Origin: an uncultured Chloroflexia bacterium
Lineage (GTDB): Bacteria; Chloroflexota; Dehalococcoidia; GIF9; UBA5629
Direction of reading: 5' to 3'
Assembly (NCBI GenBank): GCA_963848815.1
Contig: CAWKFY010000029.1
Location: forward strand, 110,544 to 174,543
Length of the DNA stretch: 64,000 bases
Under the pieces are notes generated by a model. It searched no databases, had not been told where the DNA came from, and worked only from the letters and a program-made list of their open reading frames with translations. Positions 45,721 to 54,959 of the stretch are shown here, in pieces. Numbering within the stretch: position 1 is the stretch's first letter; each line of letters opens with the position of its first letter. The position numbers and the translations under genes were made by a program.

Positions 45721-47499
45721 TTATTTAACGGTTACAGATTTAGCAAGGTTGCGTGGCATATCGGGGTTATGCCCGCGCTTGATGGTCATATGGTAGGCCA
45801 GTAACTGCAGCGGAACGACGGCAACTATGGGGTAGAGAAGCTCGTGCACCTTGGGCAGCCTGATCCAGTGGTCGTAGATCTCGTTATCTTCATCGGAGAC
45901 GGCGATGATCCTGGCGCCGCGGGACTTGGCCTCAATGGCGTTGCTTAGAGTCTCCCTGTAGGTGTAATCGCCCGGGCAGATAGCCAGCACCGGTACTCCC
46001 TCTTCTATAAGTGAAAGCGTGCCGTGCTTGAGCTCGCCGGCGGGCATGCCCTCGGCATGGATATAGGATATTTCCTTGAGTTTGAGGGCGCCCTCGGAGG
46101 CGATGGCAAAATTGATGCCGCGTGCTATGAAATAAAAGTCGCTATTTCTATAGTATTTGTTGCATATAAGGCTGATTTCATCCTTGTTCCAATCGATCAC
46201 CTTGGCAACCTGCTTGGCCACCTTGCGGATGTTATCCACAGCCATATCGAAACAATGCACCATAGAGAAAGCGAGCAGATAGAAGACGGCGATCTGGTTC
46301 AGGAACGACTTGGTGGCGCAGACGCCGATCTCGGGGCCGCAATTCAAGTAGATCACGTAGTTGCTGAGCTCGCCCAGCAGGGATTGGGGCCTGTTGATGA
46401 TGGATACTATCTTGGCCCCGGCGTTGCGCGCCAGTTGAACGCCCTCGATGACGTCCAGCGTTTCGCCGCTCTGTGATACGGCCAGCACCACTGTATTCTT
46501 GCTGACGGATTCGGCAAAATACTGGAACTCCGAGGCCATGACGACTTCGGCGAATTTCTTGCCCACGCTCGAGAACAGGTAGCGGCCTACCAGTGCAGCG
46601 TAACGCGATGATCCGCAGGCGGTTATGATCACCTGGTCCGCCCTCAGGATATCCAGGGCGATACTGGTGAAGTTCTCTTTGTCCTGGTTGGCGGCGGCCA
46701 GCAGCGTTTTAGGCTGCTCCATGATCTCTTTAAGCATGAAATATTCATAATCGCCCTTGTCGGTCTCGGCCCATATGACATCGGGCTTGATGAACTTCTT
46801 GCTTATTTCGCGTCCGGTATGGTCGTAGAACGTGGTCTTCTCGGGGGTCAAAACGGCAGTTTCTCCGTCTCCCAGCAGGTAGAGCTGGTCGATCTGGTCG
46901 AGGAGGGCCAGCGAGTCGCTGGCGGCAAAGGCCTTATGGTCGCCCAGGCCGACTACCAGCGGGCTGCCCTTGCGGGTGCCGACGATCTTATTGGGTTCCC
47001 TGGTGGAGATGGCCAGGAAGGCATAAGAGCCGTGCAGCCTGGGCGCCACATGCATGACAGCTTCCTCGAGGGAGCGGCCTTTATTCATCTCATCTTCGAT
47101 TTTATGCGGGATGACTTCCGTGTCTGTCTCGGATACGAAATGATGTCCCCTTTTGATCAGGTCATCGCGCAGTTCCTGGTAGTTATCGACGATTCCGTTG
47201 TGGATGACGGCTATCTGGTTTTTGCAGTCGCAGTGCGGGTGGGTATTGATCCGGGTTACGCCACCGTGCGTGGCCCAGCGGGTATGCCCGATGCCCATAT
47301 GTCCCGGCATCTTGTCCAGCTTATATTTACTGTTGACCTCTTCCAGCGTGCCGACGCCCTTTTTAACCGCCAGCGACTTGCCGGAGATCATAGCTACTCC
47401 CGAGGAATCATAGCCGCGGTACTCCATGCGTTTCAGTCCCTGGAAAATTATGGATGCCGCATTGCCGTTTTTGCCGCAGTAGCCGATAATCCCGCACAT
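45721..47499 (-). CDS. glmS: glutamine--fructose-6-phosphate aminotransferase (isomerizing)
   Basis: The 592-aa ORF starts MCGIIGY, has two SIS domains and ends ..PRNLAKSVTVK. Confidence 0.95.
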   Translation of the reverse strand: MCGIIGYCGKNGNAASIIFQGLKRMEYRGYDSSGVAMISGKSLAVKKGVGTLEEVNSKYKLDKMPGHMGIGHTRWATHGGVTRINTHPHCDCKNQIAVIHNGIVDNYQELRDDLIKRGHHFVSETDTEVIPHKIEDEMNKGRSLEEAVMHVAPRLHGSYAFLAISTREPNKIVGTRKGSPLVVGLGDHKAFAASDSLALLDQIDQLYLLGDGETAVLTPEKTTFYDHTGREISKKFIKPDVIWAETDKGDYEYFMLKEIMEQPKTLLAAANQDKENFTSIALDILRADQVIITACGSSRYAALVGRYLFSSVGKKFAEVVMASEFQYFAESVSKNTVVLAVSQSGETLDVIEGVQLARNAGAKIVSIINRPQSLLGELSNYVIYLNCGPEIGVCATKSFLNQIAVFYLLAFSMVHCFDMAVDNIRKVAKQVAKVIDWNKDEISLICNKYYRNSDFYFIARGINFAIASEGALKLKEISYIHAEGMPAGELKHGTLSLIEEGVPVLAICPGDYTYRETLSNAIEAKSRGARIIAVSDEDNEIYDHWIRLPKVHELLYPIVAVVPLQLLAYHMTIKRGHNPDMPRNLAKSVTVK

Positions 47500-47591
47500 A
47501 TTTCCTTATATCCTAAATATTATTTGATTGTCCGCTTCGATAATATTCAGTATAGTCCTATTTGACCATTTTAATAAAATCAGAGTCCGGC

Positions 47592-48029
47592 TTACCTTAC
47601 AACGTCTAACCTGAGTGTCAAAGGGTCTTTGATATGGGGCTTGTCCCCGTTATTCATAAACAGGTAGAACTGGACCGTCTGGTTTTCGCCCGGATTACTG
47701 AGAGTAAAACTGGTCTTCTCCTCCCATTTTTGATTGATAGCCAGTTCAGGCGACCGAAGCGATTGCAGGGTTGCTCCGTTGGAGACAACGGTTATTTTGT
47801 AGGATGCGTTATAGCCCTCATGGTTGACCACTCCCAGGATGACCGGGACGGGTATGCCGGCCCGGACCGTCGTGGGATAGCCGGTGGCCGTACCGTTATC
47901 GCTTAAAAGGTAAAATTCTGTGAACCTGTCGGAAGGTGGTGGGGTTACCTGCAGGTAGACAATGGCAGCGACGCTGACCAGGATGGCGGCCGCCGTTAAA
48001 CCCAGCAAGACCTTATTCAGGACGCTCAT
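47592..48029 (-). CDS. small membrane-anchored extracytoplasmic protein, DUF1616-like (archaeal-type) domain
   Basis: The 145-aa ORF has an N-terminal TM anchor. The segment FTEFYLLSDNGTATGYPTTV..VILGVVNHEGYNASYKITVV...NQKWEEKTSFTLSNPGENQTVQFYLF resembles the conserved C-terminal module of archaeal DUF1616 proteins as I remember it. This is unverified. Confidence 0.5.
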   Translation of the reverse strand: MSVLNKVLLGLTAAAILVSVAAIVYLQVTPPPSDRFTEFYLLSDNGTATGYPTTVRAGIPVPVILGVVNHEGYNASYKITVVSNGATLQSLRSPELAINQKWEEKTSFTLSNPGENQTVQFYLFMNNGDKPHIKDPLTLRLDVVR

Positions 48030-48089
48030 AATATAAAGATGCGAAATTTTACGTACTTGTGAATACGATTGTCAAAACGGCGGCCTTCG

Positions 48090-49097
48090 TCAGATTACCA
48101 GCATGGCATCGCCAAAACTGTAGAAGCGGTAGCCGGATTCCCTGGCTTTTTCGTAACAACTCAGCAGGAATTCACGTCCGGCGAAGGCCGAGAGCATCAT
48201 CAACAATGTCGATTTGGGTAGGTGGAAATTGGTAATGACTGCATCGGTGCTTATGAAATGGTAGCCGGGCAATATGAAGAGTCCTACCTGGCCGCGGAAG
48301 GGCAGGGGCTCTCCCGCCTGGGAAGCCGCCTCGATCAGACGCACGGAGGTGGTACCGACCGCTATGACGCGTTTTCCCGCTTTACTGGTCCTGATTAAAA
48401 GCAGCGCCGTCTCCTCGTCTACACAGCCGAATTCAGTATGGATTTTATGGTGAGAAGGGTCTTCCGCCCTGACCGGTTGGAAGGTGTCCAGCCCGATATG
48501 CAGGGTGACGAAGGCCAGGTTGACCCCCTTATTGCGCAGCTTGTCCAGCAACCCGGGGGTGAAATGCAGCCCGGCCGTGGGGGCGGCTGTGCTGCCTTTG
48601 ACGGCCGAGTAGACCGTCTGGTAGCGCTCACGGTCTTGCAGTTTGGCCTTGATGTAGGGTGGGAGAGGCATCTCGCCCAGTCCCTCCAGCCCTTCGGGGT
48701 CGGAGAACTTCACGACCCTGACTCCGCCTTCCCGCTTCTCTATAATTACAGCGAACTGATCACCCGTTAGTAAAATCCTGGAGCCTGGAAACAACTTGCG
48801 GCCAGGCCTTACGAGCGCTTCCCAACTGTCTGGCGTGAGCTGCTTCAACAGTAGTATCTCCGCCTGCCTTGCGCTGCCTGCTATGGTTCCTTTGAGGCGG
48901 GCTGGTATGACGCGGCTGTCGTTGAATACCAGCGTATCTCCCGGATTGATATAGGCCACGATATCGTAGAAATGGCGGTGTTCGACGAGGCCGGATTTAC
49001 GGTCAATGACCATCAGCCGGGAATGGTCCCTTTGCTCCAATGGATGCTGTGCGATGAATTCAGGAGGCAGGTCGTAGTCGAAATCGCTGAGCTTCAT
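48090..49097 (-). CDS. queA: S-adenosylmethionine:tRNA ribosyltransferase-isomerase
   Basis: The 335-aa ORF has MKLSDFDYDLPPEFIAQHP, LPPYI and TAGLHFT motifs. Confidence 0.95.
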   Translation of the reverse strand: MKLSDFDYDLPPEFIAQHPLEQRDHSRLMVIDRKSGLVEHRHFYDIVAYINPGDTLVFNDSRVIPARLKGTIAGSARQAEILLLKQLTPDSWEALVRPGRKLFPGSRILLTGDQFAVIIEKREGGVRVVKFSDPEGLEGLGEMPLPPYIKAKLQDRERYQTVYSAVKGSTAAPTAGLHFTPGLLDKLRNKGVNLAFVTLHIGLDTFQPVRAEDPSHHKIHTEFGCVDEETALLLIRTSKAGKRVIAVGTTSVRLIEAASQAGEPLPFRGQVGLFILPGYHFISTDAVITNFHLPKSTLLMMLSAFAGREFLLSCYEKARESGYRFYSFGDAMLVI

Positions 49098-49101
49098 GCG
49101 G

Positions 49102-49332
49102 TTACTTGTTGAGGAAATGGATAATGACGTTAACTATGATGGTGATCACGATGCTGATGATAATGAAGGTCACAATGGGGAAATAGAAGGAGAAATTGTC
49201 CTTCTTGATGAAGATGTCCCCCGGCAGCTTACCGAAGAAGGGAATATGCTGTGCAAAGATGAACAGCAGCCCGACCAGTACGATGACGCCGCCGCATATC
49301 AGCAGAATTTTGCCCAGGCTCGTTAAGTCCAC
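49102..49332 (-). CDS. small membrane protein, DUF2905-like
   Basis: The 76-aa ORF has two TM segments flanking GKLPGDIFIKKDNFSFYFPI, the pattern typical of DUF2905. It lies 5 nt upstream of queA. Confidence 0.6.
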   Translation of the reverse strand: MDLTSLGKILLICGGVIVLVGLLFIFAQHIPFFGKLPGDIFIKKDNFSFYFPIVTFIIISIVITIIVNVIIHFLNK

Positions 49333-49565
49333 AGGAAGATTTTAGCCTAACGAAGAAGAGAGTACAAAGCTATGTCTAACTGAACTGGCTTTAAATCACT
49401 GGGTCATGGATTCGATACTATGCGCGCTGTCAAAGCGTTTGAAGCAAGAACTCCAAATTTCTCCTTTTTCTCCATATAAAATGGATAGCTGCCCCACTTA
49501 TCCCATGGCTTGACAGCTTTCCTTCTTTTATATTGCGGCCCCGATCTTTCTCAGTATGTATCCGT

Positions 49566-50720
49566 CTAAATGGCTTCGCTAACTAACTCGGCAATATCTT
49601 TGACCTGCAATTTGCCTTCCAGGTCCTCCGCCTTGATTGCATCATCGAGCATGGATAGGCACGTGGGGCATGCGACGGCCAGAATCTGTGCGCCGGTCCG
49701 GAATGCTTCCCGCACTCTTATTCGATTCGGGCTGTTTTCCTTGCCACCAATAAGATCAGTATAAAAATTGCCTCCGCCCCCGCCACAACAAAATGAATGA
49801 TCTTTGGACCTTCGCATCTCGACCAATTCCAAACCCGGTATAGACAGCAATATGTTCCTGGGAGCGTCATATTCAGCGTTGTACCTTCCCAGTAAGCACG
49901 GATCGTGATAGGTCACCTTTGCTTTATTCTCTTTTGTAAAACGCAGACTCTTGTTTTTGATCAAGTCTGCGAGTAACTGTGTATAGTGTGTAGCTGTAAT
50001 GCTCCCCATTTGTTCGCTATATTCATTCTTAAAGACATTATATGAATGTGGTGAAAGACATACTATCTTGTCTATTTCAAGTTCATTGAATTTTCTAACA
50101 TTTTCTTCTGCAAGGTATTGAAACAAGTCGCGCTCTCCCATCCTTAGAACTTCGTTTCCATCGCAAGTCTCGTCCTCAGCAAGTATGCCAAAGCTCACTC
50201 CCGCCTTAGTTAAAACACTGGCCAACGCTTTTGTTGCCAACTGGCTGCGTGGGTCATAGGAACCAACGCAGCCTACGTATAGTAGATACTTATCTCCCTT
50301 CTTATATTTGCCTATTTTCGTGCCGCTGGCCCATATCGCTCTTTTGTCAGCCGCTTCACCAAACGGGTTGCCATACTTCTGAATATTTTCAAGGAAATCT
50401 CTTACCTTCGGGGGAACGAGGCCCTCTTCAACTATATCAGCCTTCATGAATTCGACTAAGCGAGGTACATTGATTATCGATATTCCAGTTTCACTGTCGA
50501 AACCACCGCATAGGATGCGACATGCAGCACAATGGGTGCATCGATACAGAGATTCTGCCATTGAACTGGAATAAGTAAGGAGATCATCAAGTATGTCCTG
50601 GGCTATTGTTACCCTGCCTCTTGGCAGGCTATCTTCGAAACCGATACCTGTAGCAAATATAGAACACATGCCCTCTTCTTTTTGCTCCAGCTGCCGCGAC
50701 ACACACCGCAACCCATGCAT
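49566..50720 (-). CDS. (Fe-S)-binding CCG-domain oxidoreductase subunit (GlcF/HdrD-like); N-terminus appears frameshifted
   Basis: The 384-aa ORF has a ferredoxin-like CTHCAACRILC motif and two CCG-type domains (YHDPC.., CCGGGGGNF). It is a paralogue of 52249..53421. The expected first Cys motif is found in another frame starting at an ATG at ~50764 (MSSKYLSELKDSVSRCMGCGVCR). Confidence 0.75.
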   Translation of the reverse strand: MHGLRCVSRQLEQKEEGMCSIFATGIGFEDSLPRGRVTIAQDILDDLLTYSSSMAESLYRCTHCAACRILCGGFDSETGISIINVPRLVEFMKADIVEEGLVPPKVRDFLENIQKYGNPFGEAADKRAIWASGTKIGKYKKGDKYLLYVGCVGSYDPRSQLATKALASVLTKAGVSFGILAEDETCDGNEVLRMGERDLFQYLAEENVRKFNELEIDKIVCLSPHSYNVFKNEYSEQMGSITATHYTQLLADLIKNKSLRFTKENKAKVTYHDPCLLGRYNAEYDAPRNILLSIPGLELVEMRRSKDHSFCCGGGGGNFYTDLIGGKENSPNRIRVREAFRTGAQILAVACPTCLSMLDDAIKAEDLEGKLQVKDIAELVSEAI

Positions 50721-50765
50721 CTGGAAACCGAATCCTTGAGTTCGCTTAAATATTTTGAAGACATT

Positions 50766-52208
50766 TTATATCCTCCATAAACCTGGCATCAGGATGTTAT
50801 TGGGATCGAGCGCACGTTTAATCGTTTGCATGTAAGCCTTATAAGATGGAGACCATACTGAGGCTGCCTGTATGGAGCCCATCCCCTGGGCAAGTTCGGT
50901 AAAGCCACCGTATTTTGAGAAAAGCTCATTGTGCCATTCATTATCCGTGTAATCCTTCAGTCGCTTTGTGAGCTCGTCAAAAGGTACCTTTCTGCCAAAA
51001 TAGACCATTATTCCGCATATACTCAGTTGTCTAAGATAGGGTAAAGCGAAATCGCTTCTGACCACCATGTCAAGATCACTAAATCTTTTGTCAAGTGCCT
51101 TGTTCAAGTATTCAAGCCATTTGGGCACAAGAAGCCTTGGTATGAGCGACTCTCCAAAATAAGTCATTGTGTTTGCAGTCGGCAATACGGCTTTTCCTAA
51201 CTGCCGTGCCGAGAATAGAGTGCCCATCTCCATGGCCGTTCCAAATCCTCCAGGTTTACCACCGAACGATGATAATATATCCTCAAGGATTTTCTTCTTA
51301 TAATTTACCTCTTCGGAAGAGTGTCCTCGGATAACATACAGCAGAATTGCCGCTTCTCCGGGCCTGCGCAGCAACATCAAACGCGTGTAGGGATAGGGCT
51401 CGATAGAGACCGCTTTGGATACAGCCTTCCAGGCGATTTCTACCGTACCCATATCAAAGGCCCCATTAAGGCTGTGTTTTGGATATGGCAATAAATTCAA
51501 CGTGGCCTCAGTCTTTATTCCAAATACACCGGCATCCCCTACGAACATACCCGTCATATCCGGGGAGTGGGCTTCTCTATGCAATATTTCACTTTGATAA
51601 ATATTTGTGCCCGGTCCCCCGCCAGTCTGTATTATAGATCCTGTGGGCAAAACAACTTTCAGGCCCATAAGATATTTGTTAATCGTCCCGGAGGTCGCCA
51701 GGTCTGCGGGTTCCCCACCCCCAATAAATCCGCTTAGCACGCCTCCAAGAGTATCCATGTGTATTGGAACATCAACCGTATGGAGCAGAAATCCTTCTTT
51801 TCTAACCTCCTCGGCAAGTTGAGATAATACGATGCCGCACTCGGCCGTGACGGTCATGTATTCCTTGTTAAAACTCAATATTTTGTTCATCCTCGTCGTG
51901 TCTATTAGGATATTTGCATCGGTTCCAACGTGAGGTGGCGGAAAAGTGGATAGACTCCCTCCACCCCCCTTCGGCACGACAGCGAAACCCGTCCTATTTG
52001 CCAGTTGCAATATAGCAGAGATTTCCGCAGTGGTCCCGGGTCTAATGATAATGCCCGGAGTCTTTCCCCTGGGTTCTCCATAGATTTTCATGAAAGGTGC
52101 GCGAGTGTATGAGCGTCTTACATATTCTTCGTCACTCACATTATCCTGACCTGAAATGGCGCAAAGGTCTTTATATAGCGCATGATGTTTCTGTATTTGC
52201 GGCGGCAT
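50766..52208 (-). CDS. FAD-binding oxidoreductase (GlcD / FAD-linked oxidase family)
   Basis: The track ORF is 50766..52244 (TTG). The ATG at codon 13 (52208) is preceded by GGAGG. It has a PCMH-type FAD-binding domain (VVPKGGGGSL) and a C-terminal FAD-oxidase_C-like region. Confidence 0.75.
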   Translation of the reverse strand: MPPQIQKHHALYKDLCAISGQDNVSDEEYVRRSYTRAPFMKIYGEPRGKTPGIIIRPGTTAEISAILQLANRTGFAVVPKGGGGSLSTFPPPHVGTDANILIDTTRMNKILSFNKEYMTVTAECGIVLSQLAEEVRKEGFLLHTVDVPIHMDTLGGVLSGFIGGGEPADLATSGTINKYLMGLKVVLPTGSIIQTGGGPGTNIYQSEILHREAHSPDMTGMFVGDAGVFGIKTEATLNLLPYPKHSLNGAFDMGTVEIAWKAVSKAVSIEPYPYTRLMLLRRPGEAAILLYVIRGHSSEEVNYKKKILEDILSSFGGKPGGFGTAMEMGTLFSARQLGKAVLPTANTMTYFGESLIPRLLVPKWLEYLNKALDKRFSDLDMVVRSDFALPYLRQLSICGIMVYFGRKVPFDELTKRLKDYTDNEWHNELFSKYGGFTELAQGMGSIQAASVWSPSYKAYMQTIKRALDPNNILMPGLWRI

Positions 52209-52248
52209 AATAACCTCCCTGTATAAATCCAGTAGTGATTTCAATACG

Positions 52249-53421
52249 TCAGCAATTTGCTTCTACTAGCTCAGATATGTCCGCAACCTGGATCTTACCT
52301 TCCAGGTCTTCAGCCTTAACAGCGTCTTCCAACATAGCCAGGCATTTTGGACAAGCCACTGCCAGGGTATCAACGCCTGTCGTCAATGCTTCCCTGATTC
52401 GAATCCTGGCCGGGCTGTTGCTTGCAGTACTCAATATTTCAGTATAAAAATTGCCTCCGCCCCCGCCGCAGCAGAAGGAATGTTCCTTATTACTGCCCAT
52501 CTCAACAAACTTCGTGCCATACATCGATGTTAATATTGTCCGCGGGGCTTCATATTCATTGTTGTAACGCCCGAGAAAGCATGGGTCATGATAGGTGATC
52601 TTTCCCGTACGCTTCTTAGCCGGTTTAATTTGTCCTCTCTTGAGCAAATCAGCCAAAAATTGCGTGTAATGGACCACCTGAAAATTTCCGCCGAGCGCCG
52701 GGTATTCGTTCCGAAATACGTTGTACGAATGTGGTGATAGAGTCACTATTTTGCTAACACCGAGTTCTTTGAACAACTTTATATTTTCCTCGGCTAAATA
52801 CTGGAAAAGGTCTTTCTCTCCGAGTCTCAATACCTCGTTGCCATCGCAACGTTCTTTTTCGCCGAGCACGCCAAAACTCACACCTGCAGTCGATAACATA
52901 TGGGCCAGTGACTTTGCTGCTTTCTGGCTTCTCGTATCATAAGAACCCACACAACCCACATAGAGAAGATATTCGTCCCCCCTGTCAAAGCGCTTAATCT
53001 GACTTCCATTCATCCAGTTCACCCGTTTTTCAGCCGTTTCTCCGTAGGGGTTGCCGAACTTCTGGATGTTCTCAAAGAAATCGCGTACTTTCGGAGGGAC
53101 CTTGCCGCTTTCTACCAAAATCGCCTTCATTTCTTCAATCACTTTAAGAGGTTTCAGTCCCATCGCAGGGTAGCATTGTTCATCGCAGGCGCCACAACTA
53201 ACACAGCTAAAAATGCGTAGCGCTGTCTTTTCATCCGGAACCATGCGCTCTTCTAATATTGCGCGTGCGAGTGTCAGCCTTCCTATGGCGTAATATGAAT
53301 CGAACCCAAACCGTTCACCGGAGGGACAAGTGGGGCCATATACCCGGAAAGCAGACCGGCAGGCACCGCATTTCAGACAATGGTATATGTATTCTTTGTA
53401 GTCTGTCAGCATATTAACCAC
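52249..53421 (-). CDS. (Fe-S)-binding CCG-domain oxidoreductase subunit (GlcF/HdrD-like)
   Basis: The 390-aa ORF has two 4Fe-4S motifs (CLKCGACRSA....CP and CVSCGACDEQC) and two CCG domains (YHDPCFLGRYN, HSFCCGGGGGNFYT). Confidence 0.8.
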   Translation of the reverse strand: MVNMLTDYKEYIYHCLKCGACRSAFRVYGPTCPSGERFGFDSYYAIGRLTLARAILEERMVPDEKTALRIFSCVSCGACDEQCYPAMGLKPLKVIEEMKAILVESGKVPPKVRDFFENIQKFGNPYGETAEKRVNWMNGSQIKRFDRGDEYLLYVGCVGSYDTRSQKAAKSLAHMLSTAGVSFGVLGEKERCDGNEVLRLGEKDLFQYLAEENIKLFKELGVSKIVTLSPHSYNVFRNEYPALGGNFQVVHYTQFLADLLKRGQIKPAKKRTGKITYHDPCFLGRYNNEYEAPRTILTSMYGTKFVEMGSNKEHSFCCGGGGGNFYTEILSTASNSPARIRIREALTTGVDTLAVACPKCLAMLEDAVKAEDLEGKIQVADISELVEANC

Positions 53422-53444
53422 CTAATCAGTAAATTCTTGCAGAG

Positions 53445-54923
53445 TTAAATCAATGCCTCGAAAGAATATGGACCTCCGGGCAGCATTATCCCGTTCGGGT
53501 CCACCAGTTTCTTAATTCCCAGAAGCATGTTGGCGTAACTGGGCATCATCATTCTCATAAATGTCTGGTTTGGTATGGTATGGCATGCACCGAATTTGGA
53601 AAACAGGGCGACGTAGCAGTCACGCAGGCACTTCATGGCTTTTTTCGTATCTTCTGATTTTAATGGATCGTATAGTATTTCATGTTCTACGTATACGGTT
53701 GAACATCGGTCCCAGGGAATTACCAACAACTCCGGAATCAAAGGCTCACCAAGGATGTCGTCCATGAGTTGATGTTTCTCTACTATTTCTCTAATTGTCC
53801 GGTTCATAGCCGGTACAAAGCTGATGGGAGCGCATCCTACTATTGTGCCGAAACTGCCATACGGCTCAAACATACGCAACACTTTCTGGCTGGCGCCATC
53901 AGTCACCTCTTGCCAGTCTCGCCGCATATCATCGTCAACATCAAGAACGCGGCCATTCTGCTTGAGCACTTCCTCAGTAATCATTTCATCATAAAGCGCA
54001 ATCTGCTTTGCATTTCCCCCTATACCACATATGATTGTATATTCAGCCAAGTTCTCAGCTATCTTCAACCTTTCACTTTTTACACGGTATTGATCAGGAT
54101 GCATGACAAAACGCACGGCAACGTCCTTGTTGCTAAGCTCACTGTAGCGTGTTATCTCAAGTCGCTCAATCCTCTGAAATGCATTGAGACTGGGTTGAAG
54201 TTCATCAAAACCGAAAATTAGACAGGTTTCTATATCAGCCAGTGGCCGTAATCTGATGACCATCTGGGTAATAATCCCGAAATTACCCAGCGACCCTCTG
54301 AAAAGGCCGGCTATGTCTGGGCCGTAGGCATACCTGAAATATGGATTTAGTTTAGCTCCAATCTCAGTGCACTGAGAACCGGTCCGCAGTATCTCACCAT
54401 TTGGAAGCACCGCTTCAAACGTTACGGCCCTATCCATGCAATATTTAGTCGAATAGGGCGTTATGTTGGTTAAAAGAAAATTACCTATTGGGCTGGTCTC
54501 GTAAGGACCGCCAATAGGGATAATGTCCATTTTTTTCTTTTTAGCCATCATGCGCAGCCTGTCCCAGGTTACTCCCGGCTCGATCGTCGCCGTCATCGTA
54601 TCTTCGTTAACCTCAATAATACGGTTCATCCGTTTTAAGTCGATGACGATCCCACCTTTATAGGGAAGAGCCGATCCCGCTATGCCGGCCCCATAGCTCC
54701 GGGGATAGATAGGTATCTTATACTCATTTGCAAGCTTAACTATTTTCTGCACTTCGTCCCGCGTTGTGGGCATGATGACAAAATCGGGAACCGGTACCTG
54801 CTGTCGCAGAATGTTGGCGTATGCATCCCTGGTATAAGGCACCATGTCGTTTACATCATCAGACACATTTTCAGGACCAAGAATTTGGACAAGTTCTTTC
54901 AAGATTTGTGCTTTATCGCTCAT
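53445..54923 (-). CDS. FAD-binding oxidoreductase (GlcD / FAD-linked oxidase family), diverged paralogue
   Basis: The 492-aa ORF has PCMH-type FAD-binding N-terminal half features (IPIYPRSYGAGIAGSALP) and a C-terminal ..DPNGIMLPG. Confidence 0.75.
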   Translation of the reverse strand: MSDKAQILKELVQILGPENVSDDVNDMVPYTRDAYANILRQQVPVPDFVIMPTTRDEVQKIVKLANEYKIPIYPRSYGAGIAGSALPYKGGIVIDLKRMNRIIEVNEDTMTATIEPGVTWDRLRMMAKKKKMDIIPIGGPYETSPIGNFLLTNITPYSTKYCMDRAVTFEAVLPNGEILRTGSQCTEIGAKLNPYFRYAYGPDIAGLFRGSLGNFGIITQMVIRLRPLADIETCLIFGFDELQPSLNAFQRIERLEITRYSELSNKDVAVRFVMHPDQYRVKSERLKIAENLAEYTIICGIGGNAKQIALYDEMITEEVLKQNGRVLDVDDDMRRDWQEVTDGASQKVLRMFEPYGSFGTIVGCAPISFVPAMNRTIREIVEKHQLMDDILGEPLIPELLVIPWDRCSTVYVEHEILYDPLKSEDTKKAMKCLRDCYVALFSKFGACHTIPNQTFMRMMMPSYANMLLGIKKLVDPNGIMLPGGPYSFEALI

Positions 54924-54959
54924 TTTGGGGACTCCTATGTATATTATTCATCTGACATT

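Noticed and set aside
47500-47591. Possible glmS ribozyme in the 5' leader of glmS
   Set aside because: Only ~92 nt separate the glmS start from the upstream gene's stop, which is too short for the ~170-nt ribozyme. I could not find the conserved core segments in the reverse-strand sequence.
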